Assembly (NCBI GenBank): GCA_041690135.1
Contig: JAWLHY010000008.1
Span: 256,001 to 320,000 of the forward strand
DNA length: 64,000 nt
Source of the DNA: Armatimonadota bacterium
Lineage (GTDB): Bacteria; Armatimonadota; SYMT01
Direction: 5' to 3'
The notes under the pieces were generated by a model. That model saw only the letters and a list, made by a program, of their open reading frames with translations. It ran no database searches and was not told the DNA's origin. Positions 57,126 to 64,000 of the stretch are shown here, piece by piece (positions within the stretch are counted from its first letter, which is position 1; each line of letters opens with the position of its first letter). The position numbers and the translations under genes were made by a program.

Positions 57126-59708
57126 GTGAGACTGTCGATCGGTGCAAAAATCCTGTTGAGCATGGCAGCCCTCCTCCTGGTGGGTCTGTTCTCGATGCTG
57201 ACGATCTTCCAGGGCCTGTTTACGGTCCAGGATGCCATGCACCAGGTCGTCAACCGGAACGCGCCAACCACCGGAGCCGCCGTGCGCCTGGCACTTGCGG
57301 TGGAGGACACCGGCTTCCGGGTCCTTCGCTACCTGCGTACCGGTGATGAGGCCTCTCGGGAGGATGCCCGCCAGGGAGTGGAGGTCATTCGCCAGACGCA
57401 TCAGAAGTTCGCAGACCAGGCCCGCTCGGATGAAGAGCGGCAACTGGCGCTCCAGTTGGAAGGCCTCGCCATTCGCTATGAGGAAACCGCGCTCCGTCTC
57501 CTCGGGCGGCGTACACAACTGGACACCCTCTCCGCCGCGGGGGATGGACTACTGAGAGAGATGTCCGGGATCGTCAACGACCGTCTCCAGGTAGGCATCG
57601 ATATGAATGCTCCGGATGCCCTGGAAAAGGACACCTGCACCAAGGCGATCGCCGCGTCGCTGGATGGAATAACGGCCTGGCTCAAAAAGTTCCTGGTGGA
57701 TCCCCAGCGCCGGTTTGAAGAGCGGATTGAAGACTCACTGGCGCAGTGCGATCTCAACCTGACCCGCTATCAACATCTCCGCCTGGACGCGGAAGAACGC
57801 CGCTGGGCGGGCGAGTTGCGGAAACGGTACCAGCGGTTCCAGAGCCTCTTTCGCCGAGACCGGGGCCTTCAGAAGGCGATAACGGACGACTCGGAGGCCT
57901 TTATCGGAATCCGCTCCGAGATGGCCACGGTGCTGAACGGCGAGATCAACCGGCTGCTGGGGCGCAACCTGGGTGCAGCGCGCGACCAGGCAGACCGTGC
58001 CTTCGCCGGCGTGGAGAGCCTGATCAGCTTCTTGATCCCCTTATTCATCTTGAGTGGGATCGGCCTGGCGGTGCTTATCACGCGGGTGGTGACGGATCCC
58101 CTCCGGAAGCTAATGGCCGGCACGACGGCGGTTCGGGAGGGGGACCTCTCCCACAAGATCGTTCATAAGAGCCGCGACGAATTTGCCGCCGTAGCTGAAA
58201 ACTTCAACCGGATGGTGGAGCAGTTGCGTCAGACGACCGTATCCCGCGACCGCCTGGAAACGAGCGAACAGCAGCTTCTCCGGCTCAACACGGAACTGGA
58301 GATCGCCAGTCAACGGAAGAACGAGTTCCTGGCGATGCTGGGGCACGAACTGCGGAACCCGCTAGGCGCCATCTCCAATGCGGTTGAACTCCTGCGCCGT
58401 CGCACCCCCGAAATCACGCCGGTGCAGCGACCGCTCGAAGTACTGAACCGCCAGGTAGGCCACATGAACCGCCTGGTGGATGACCTGCTGGACGTTTCTC
58501 GCATCACACGCGGCAAGATCGAGCTGCGTCGCTGCGAAATAGACCTGCTGCCCCTCGTGGAAGACGCCGTGCATGCTGTGCGACCGTTGGTGGAAGCACG
58601 AGGACACCGCCTGCAGGTCAATCAGCCCCGGACGCCGGTACTACTGTTTGGAGACCCGACGCGCCTGGAGCAGGTACTGGTCAACCTCCTCAGCAACGCA
58701 GCGAAATACACTGAGCCGGGCGGAGAGATCCGCCTTTCCGTGGACCTGACTGCCGGTCCGGCTACGAAGATGTCCGAGACGCTGGCTGGGGAAGCCGGCC
58801 CGTCCGTTACGATACGGGTGCGCGATAACGGGATCGGAATTGAGCGGGACATGCTTCCACACGTATTCGAGTTGTTTACACAATCCGAGCGCGCGCTGGA
58901 CCGCTCGCAGGGGGGCCTGGGCATTGGCCTGACTCTGGTTCGTGGTCTCGTGGAAATGCACGGTGGGACGATCCGCGTCCACAGCGAAGGAGCGGGGCAA
59001 GGCAGCGAGTTCGTGGTGATACTGCCGCTCACTCCGGCATCCCATGCGAACAACTCCGCTTCACGGCAGTTGAACACTGCCGGCGGAGTCACCGAGCCCG
59101 CCAGGCGGGAAGAGCCCCCCGTGCCGGCTGCCCCGCAGGGAATCACCGGCACGGTGGGGCTCTCCGATTCCCACGACGCGGAGCTGAGTGCGGCCGTCGA
59201 TCTCTCCGTATCGGCTCCGACGGCATATCCGGTTGTCCCCGGCACCTGGTCGGGTACGACGTCGGAGCGGTCCGGCGCCCCACCCGACGCGCCACGGGTG
59301 CTGGTGGTGGACGATAACTTTGACGCGGCGGAGTCGTTGAAGGAGATCCTGGAGGAATGGGACTGCTCGGTGCTCCTGGCGCATGACGGTCTGCAGGCCC
59401 TCGACATCGCAAGGGCCTTCGTTCCGGACGTCGTGCTCCTGGACATCGGGTTACCCGGCCTCGATGGCTACGAGGTAGCGCGCCGACTCCGGCAGGACTG
59501 GGCCAACGGGATCCCATTTCTGTCGGCGGAGGGATTGTCCGGCACGGGTCGCAGCGGTCCGCGCCTGATTGCATTGACCGGTTATGGCCAGGAAGAAGAC
59601 CTCCGCCGCTCGCGCGAGGCGGGTTTCGACCATCATCTCGTCAAACCGGTGGACCTGGATGCGCTCGAGAACCTGGTGGTCGAACGCCAACCGGTGGGCA
59701 GCCGCTAA
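57126..59708 (+). CDS. Hybrid sensor histidine kinase/response regulator (periplasmic helical sensor, HAMP, HisKA, HATPase, REC)
   Basis: FLAMLGHELRNPL, NLLSNAAKY, DNGIG, GGLGIGL, VVDDN, LLDIGLP, KP. Confidence 0.96.
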   Translation: MRLSIGAKILLSMAALLLVGLFSMLTIFQGLFTVQDAMHQVVNRNAPTTGAAVRLALAVEDTGFRVLRYLRTGDEASREDARQGVEVIRQTHQKFADQARSDEERQLALQLEGLAIRYEETALRLLGRRTQLDTLSAAGDGLLREMSGIVNDRLQVGIDMNAPDALEKDTCTKAIAASLDGITAWLKKFLVDPQRRFEERIEDSLAQCDLNLTRYQHLRLDAEERRWAGELRKRYQRFQSLFRRDRGLQKAITDDSEAFIGIRSEMATVLNGEINRLLGRNLGAARDQADRAFAGVESLISFLIPLFILSGIGLAVLITRVVTDPLRKLMAGTTAVREGDLSHKIVHKSRDEFAAVAENFNRMVEQLRQTTVSRDRLETSEQQLLRLNTELEIASQRKNEFLAMLGHELRNPLGAISNAVELLRRRTPEITPVQRPLEVLNRQVGHMNRLVDDLLDVSRITRGKIELRRCEIDLLPLVEDAVHAVRPLVEARGHRLQVNQPRTPVLLFGDPTRLEQVLVNLLSNAAKYTEPGGEIRLSVDLTAGPATKMSETLAGEAGPSVTIRVRDNGIGIERDMLPHVFELFTQSERALDRSQGGLGIGLTLVRGLVEMHGGTIRVHSEGAGQGSEFVVILPLTPASHANNSASRQLNTAGGVTEPARREEPPVPAAPQGITGTVGLSDSHDAELSAAVDLSVSAPTAYPVVPGTWSGTTSERSGAPPDAPRVLVVDDNFDAAESLKEILEEWDCSVLLAHDGLQALDIARAFVPDVVLLDIGLPGLDGYEVARRLRQDWANGIPFLSAEGLSGTGRSGPRLIALTGYGQEEDLRRSREAGFDHHLVKPVDLDALENLVVERQPVGSR

Positions 59709-59722
59709 CCCGTATCCAAGCT

Positions 59723-60679
59723 ATGGAACTCAATCTCCCCATTTTGGAGACCCTGGCAGAGTGCCGGAGCATTCTGGTGATGGGCATGGGCGGGGGCTTC
59801 GACGTTTACTGCGGTGTGCCGATCTACCTTGAGCTCCGGCGGCGGGGGATGAACGTCCACCTCGGAAGCCTCAGCTTCTCACCGCACCTGACTCATCTCC
59901 GGAACGGGGTTCCCCTGACCGGCACGCTCACCGGCGTTACCGCCGACCATGAGGGCGTGGTCGTCTACTTTCCGGAGCTTCACCTGGTCCGGTGGCTCCG
60001 CACGGAACGAGGGGACGAAGCCACGCTGTGGTGTTTCCGAAAGACCGGAGTCGACCCGATGATCGGGGATTTCCGGCGTCTCGTGGATCACCTGTCACTC
60101 GATGCCCTGTTGTTGGTCGACGGGGGAGTGGACAGCCTGTCCCGCGGGGACGAAGCCCACATGGGGAGTGTGCTGGAAGACTGGGTCACCCTGGCCGCCG
60201 CGGCGGAATTGGACACACTTCCGGTGCGGATGATGACCTGCCTCGGACTGGGCGCGGAAGAAGAAGTTTCTCACGCGCACATCTTCGAAAACATCGCCCG
60301 TTTGACCGCTGCCCGGGGATTCCTGGGTAGTTGCTCGCTGGTTGCGCAGTCGGAAGCAGGCCGCGCCTACGATGCCCTGGTCACCTATGCCCAGTCACAG
60401 CCTTACCAGGACCCGAGCATCATCAACAGTTCCATCCTCTCCGCCGTGCGGGGTGAGTATGGGGATTACCACCTGACGCAGAAGACGCGCGGCCGGACCA
60501 ACTGGATCTCCCCGCTGATGTCGATCTACTGGTTCTTCGACCTGGTCCGCGTGGCCGAGCAGAACCTGGTGCTTTCCCAACTTCGCTGGAGCCAGACTCC
60601 GCAAGAGGCGGGCCGGATCATCGCCGAGGCGCGCGTCCGCCTCCCGCAGCGCCCCCTGCAGAAAATCCCCCTACCCTAA
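59723..60679 (+). CDS. DUF1152 domain protein
   Basis: G-x-GGGFD; LVDGG-x-DSL-x-RGDE; ED; WISPLM-x-x-YW-x-FD. Confidence 0.85.
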   Translation: MELNLPILETLAECRSILVMGMGGGFDVYCGVPIYLELRRRGMNVHLGSLSFSPHLTHLRNGVPLTGTLTGVTADHEGVVVYFPELHLVRWLRTERGDEATLWCFRKTGVDPMIGDFRRLVDHLSLDALLLVDGGVDSLSRGDEAHMGSVLEDWVTLAAAAELDTLPVRMMTCLGLGAEEEVSHAHIFENIARLTAARGFLGSCSLVAQSEAGRAYDALVTYAQSQPYQDPSIINSSILSAVRGEYGDYHLTQKTRGRTNWISPLMSIYWFFDLVRVAEQNLVLSQLRWSQTPQEAGRIIAEARVRLPQRPLQKIPLP

Positions 60680-60684
60680 CCCTT

Positions 60685-61473
60685 TTAGAAGATGAACCAG
60701 GTTACGATGGTTCCGACGACCATGACGCCGATGGCGATGGCGCCGGCGATGGGAAAGGTCTGCGTACCGATCAGCCACTCCGGACCCCGGTAGTTTAGAA
60801 AACACCGGTGCACCCCGATGGAGAGGATGCCGCCGCTGTGGAGGCCCATCGACAGCCAGAGGTTGCCGGTCTTGTAGAAGCAGACACCCAGCCAGAGGCC
60901 CAGGAACGCCAGTCCCACGGATGGCCAGTAGGTACGCACCTTCCGGATGAAGTGCGCTGCAGAGAACAGCACCGAGCTCAGCGGGATCGCCACCCAGGGA
61001 CCGGCGCTCACCAGCAAGGTGTGCATGATCGCGCCCCGAAAGAACGGTTCTTCCACCGCCACCACGGTGAATGAGCTGAGCGTGCTTAACGCGGACTTGG
61101 TGAATGCCTTCTTCGGGGTAAACCGCGGCTTGTAGTACAGCCATCCCCCGGCCAGCTCCGTGCCGTAGATCCCGATCGACAGACCCAGAGCGCAGAGTTG
61201 CCCGTAGAGGAAGTAGTGGACCTTGTCGGCGGGGAAAAACGGGCCGTAATACACCGCCACGCTCGACCCCACCCAGGGAAGGTGGGGAAACAGAAAGATC
61301 GAGCCGATAAGGGTCGACTGCAGGACGACCTTGAGGGCCAACTTCAACGACTTCGGTTGCTGGCTGTTGGCCCCGAACGTCCACTGAAACGGCTCTTTGA
61401 ACAGGGCCAGCACGATGGTCTGTGCCACCAGAAGCAGCAGAATGATCGCGGCCAGATAGCCAATAACCCACAT
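60685..61473 (-). CDS. CPBP (Abi/CAAX protease-like) intramembrane glutamic endopeptidase
   Basis: EE-x-x-FRG, F-x-x-x-H and H-x-x-G motifs in a multi-TM protein. Confidence 0.9.
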   Translation of the reverse strand: MWVIGYLAAIILLLLVAQTIVLALFKEPFQWTFGANSQQPKSLKLALKVVLQSTLIGSIFLFPHLPWVGSSVAVYYGPFFPADKVHYFLYGQLCALGLSIGIYGTELAGGWLYYKPRFTPKKAFTKSALSTLSSFTVVAVEEPFFRGAIMHTLLVSAGPWVAIPLSSVLFSAAHFIRKVRTYWPSVGLAFLGLWLGVCFYKTGNLWLSMGLHSGGILSIGVHRCFLNYRGPEWLIGTQTFPIAGAIAIGVMVVGTIVTWFIF

Positions 61474-61677
61474 AGTCTAATCTTCGGCAGGCCGCCCGTG
61501 GAACGCAGGTCGCGCGGGGGAGGGGTGGGGGTGCGTGATCCGCGAATTTGGCGAATGAAGCGAATTCGGGACGAAACGAATTGGGGATGGAGCTAAGGGC
61601 GAAAAGGGGGAATGAAAGCCCAGTACACTGACAGCTTCCATTCCCATTTACTCGGCCCGCGTCGGGTTTAAGGTCTT

Positions 61678-61712
61678 CCGGACTCGGAGCTCAAAGCTCC
61701 GAACTCGGAACT
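61678..61712. repeat. Five degenerate 7-bp tandem repeats downstream of fba
   Basis: ccggact cggagct caaagct ccgaact cggaact. Confidence 0.6.
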
Positions 61713-61718
61713 CCTAAC

Positions 61719-62681
61719 CTAGGAGCGGTTCTTTTCCACGAACTCGCGGACATCAGCAAGGTTTCCGGCGGACCCCAGCAGCTCGTTGCGGCTGGCGATG
61801 AACTTGGCGTATTCCGCCATGAAGAGCTTTCCGGGGCCGCGGAGGTCGAAGTCGCCCGGCTTCTGCTGGAAGTACTCGCGGTGGACGCGGGTCCAGACCA
61901 GGCGACCATCTGTGTCGATGTTGACCTTGCAGACACCGAGCTTTGCGGCGGGGAGATACTGGGCCGGGTCGACGCCCTTGGCCCCTTCCTTGAGGGCGCC
62001 CCCCGCCGCGTTGATGCGCTGGACCTCGTCCTGCGGCACCGAAGAGGAGCCATGCATCACGAGCGGGAAGCCCGGCAGCTCGTCCTGGATCGCCTTGACG
62101 CGGTCGAAGTGGATGCCCTGGCCGCCGGAGAACTTGTAGGCGCCGTGGGAGGTGCCGATAGCCACAGCCAGCGAGTCGCAGCCGGAGCGCTCAACGAACT
62201 CTTTCGCCTGGTCCGGATCCGTCAGGCAGGCGTGCGCCTCATCGACGGCGATATCCTCTTCCACGCCGCCCAGCATGCCGAGTTCCGCCTCGACCGAGAT
62301 GCCGCGGGCATGGGCGGCGTCCACCACGCGCCGGGTGATGGCGATGTTCTCGTCGAACGATTCGTGGGAGGCGTCGATCATCACGGAGGAGTAGAAGCCG
62401 CTCTCGATGCACTCGTAGCAGGTCTTCTCGTCCCCGTGGTCCAGGTGCACCGCAAAGATCGCTTCCGGGAAGATCTCTTCGCCGGCGCGGATCATGGCCT
62501 CGAGCATCCGCTTGTCGGTGTAGCTGCGGGCTCCCTTGGAGAGCTGGATAATGAAGGGAGCCTGCGAGTCGATGTTGCCCTGGAACAGGCCCATGATCTG
62601 CTCCAGGTTGTTGATGTTGTAGGCGCCGAGGGCGTACTTGCCGTAGGCGTGCGCGAACAGCGTCTTTGTAGGTACGATCAT
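61719..62681 (-). CDS. fba: Class II fructose-1,6-bisphosphate aldolase
   Basis: GAYNINN, VHLDHG, SSVMIDAS, VEAELG, AIGTSHGAYK, LVMHGSS, KVNIDTD; start ATG 62681. Confidence 0.95.
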   Translation of the reverse strand: MIVPTKTLFAHAYGKYALGAYNINNLEQIMGLFQGNIDSQAPFIIQLSKGARSYTDKRMLEAMIRAGEEIFPEAIFAVHLDHGDEKTCYECIESGFYSSVMIDASHESFDENIAITRRVVDAAHARGISVEAELGMLGGVEEDIAVDEAHACLTDPDQAKEFVERSGCDSLAVAIGTSHGAYKFSGGQGIHFDRVKAIQDELPGFPLVMHGSSSVPQDEVQRINAAGGALKEGAKGVDPAQYLPAAKLGVCKVNIDTDGRLVWTRVHREYFQQKPGDFDLRGPGKLFMAEYAKFIASRNELLGSAGNLADVREFVEKNRS

Positions 62682-62854
62682 TCCGAAAAACTCCTCACTG
62701 GCGGTCCCACCTCTGGAACGGACCGCTGGGCGGTGCAGGAGGACCGCGGTCGGCAAGGTCGCTTGGCCCACCCCCGGTGCCGCACTCCGCTCACTCCCCT
62801 GAAACCACAGCCCATTTTATCAGCCTGAGGTCATTGCCAGTCGAGGCGGCTTCG

Positions 62855-63406
62855 CTACGGATCGACGATGAGTGCATTCGTGTTCGGGTCCACCACGTAA
62901 GGCACGTTCGGGAGCAGCGGTCCCCGCAAGGCGGAAGGTCCGCGGCCGATAATCAACGCGTTCCGGCTGGGATCTGCGATCACTCCGTATCCGCCCCCGA
63001 AACCGAACTGGGTTCCCGCTCCGCCCTGAAAGCCGGCGCCGTTGGGAAAAGAACCTGCCCCAAACCCGCCACCGATGCCACCGCCAGGCACGCCGTAGCC
63101 GCCACCCGCTCCGCCAAAGCCGCCATAGCCGAAACCACCGGTCATACCCATTGTTTGACGCCAGAGGTCCAGTTCCGTCGGGACCACCATGGCGCCGTTG
63201 AGGACCGCTGCCACGGCTCGTGCATCCACATACTGAAGCTGAATCCGCTCCCAGGTGCGACCATCCGGCGATACGGCGGTGGTGGGAGCCGATGGCCGGG
63301 TTACGGGCGTCCGCCGCTGGTACACACGGCTTTGCTGTTGGGCATGCGCAGGAAATGCGGAGTGGCATACTCCGCCCACAACCAAACCAAGGACCAGGGC
63401 TCTCAT
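62855..63406 (-). CDS. Secreted Gly-rich protein resembling an isolated secretin N (NolW-like) domain
   Basis: Signal peptide; IQLQYVDA-x-x-VA-x-x-L; GGFG-rich loop; IADPSRNALII and VVDPNTNALIV. Confidence 0.65.
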   Translation of the reverse strand: MRALVLGLVVGGVCHSAFPAHAQQQSRVYQRRTPVTRPSAPTTAVSPDGRTWERIQLQYVDARAVAAVLNGAMVVPTELDLWRQTMGMTGGFGYGGFGGAGGGYGVPGGGIGGGFGAGSFPNGAGFQGGAGTQFGFGGGYGVIADPSRNALIIGRGPSALRGPLLPNVPYVVDPNTNALIVDP

Positions 63407-63485
63407 TCTTCAATCCTCCCTCGTATTTGATGCTCGCAGGTTAGACTGGAGAGCCCCGGCACTTGTTGCGGCTCCATACGTAGTC

Positions 63486-63962
63486 CTACCCGACCACCTC
63501 GCCCGGCGATACGTCGACGAAGTCTTCGTCGGATACCAGGAGCAGGCTCTCCACATCCACGACGCCCGGCGTCCACCAGGCCACGTCTTCGATGGCTTTC
63601 TTGGTGTGGTACGTCGGTACGCTGCCATCAAGGCGTACCCGACCCCGGTTGGCATAGACCTCGATCTTCGCGCCTTCCACATAGGCGTCCCGGGCCAGTG
63701 CGTGCCGGACCTCCTCGGCGAGTTCGGCATCGGTGCGTTCCACGTAGTTCCGGATCGCCAGTTGATCGTCCACGCGCTCCACGCCGTCCGCATCCTGTGC
63801 CAACTCGCGCGCCGTACGCTTCTCGATGGCGCTATCCACGCTTCCCTTGAGGGTCACCACGGCGCCGCGAACCTCTACCTGGACCTCGCGGTGGTCAACC
63901 CGGCTGCTTCGTTCTAGAAACTGTTCGATGGTTGCCTTGATGGCTCCGTCTCCATCCTTCAT
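63486..63962 (-). CDS. Tandem BON domain protein (OsmY-like)
   Basis: Two BON units (V-x-V-x-x-x-VVTL-x-G-x-V...GV-x-x-V-x-x-x-L). Confidence 0.9.
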   Translation of the reverse strand: MKDGDGAIKATIEQFLERSSRVDHREVQVEVRGAVVTLKGSVDSAIEKRTARELAQDADGVERVDDQLAIRNYVERTDAELAEEVRHALARDAYVEGAKIEVYANRGRVRLDGSVPTYHTKKAIEDVAWWTPGVVDVESLLLVSDEDFVDVSPGEVVG

Positions 63963-64000
63963 CTTGGCTTCTCCTCGCCGGAGCCGGAGGGTGCGTCGCC

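Overview
GC-rich bacterial chromosomal window; the gene families resemble Armatimonadota, but that is my inference and was not searched. It starts with the probable 5' end of dnaA and carries core metabolism genes (ppdK-eno-pyk followed by a DivIC/FtsB-like gene, DeoR regulator-glmS, dapF, class II fba) and two identical tRNA-Asp(GTC) genes, each with its own promoter and terminator. There is a large set of poorly characterised envelope genes: two tandem PilV/PilW/PilX-like minor-pilin triplets with Ca-binding-like repeats, two small paralogous secreted proteins ending in PPxPP, a VIT-vWA protein, an operon built around a GHL10/YddW-like hydrolase, a 1523-aa PPC/prenyltransferase-repeat/HEAT/CxxCH protein, a PVC-type DUF1549/DUF1553-DUF1501-PSCyt1/WD40-PPC module interrupted by a small helical gene and an unannotated HNH remnant, and an NHL / beta-propeller-TPR pair sharing a terminal RFxxLE motif. 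No CRISPR array, integrase or transposase was seen. All family assignments come from motif recognition by eye, not from database searches.
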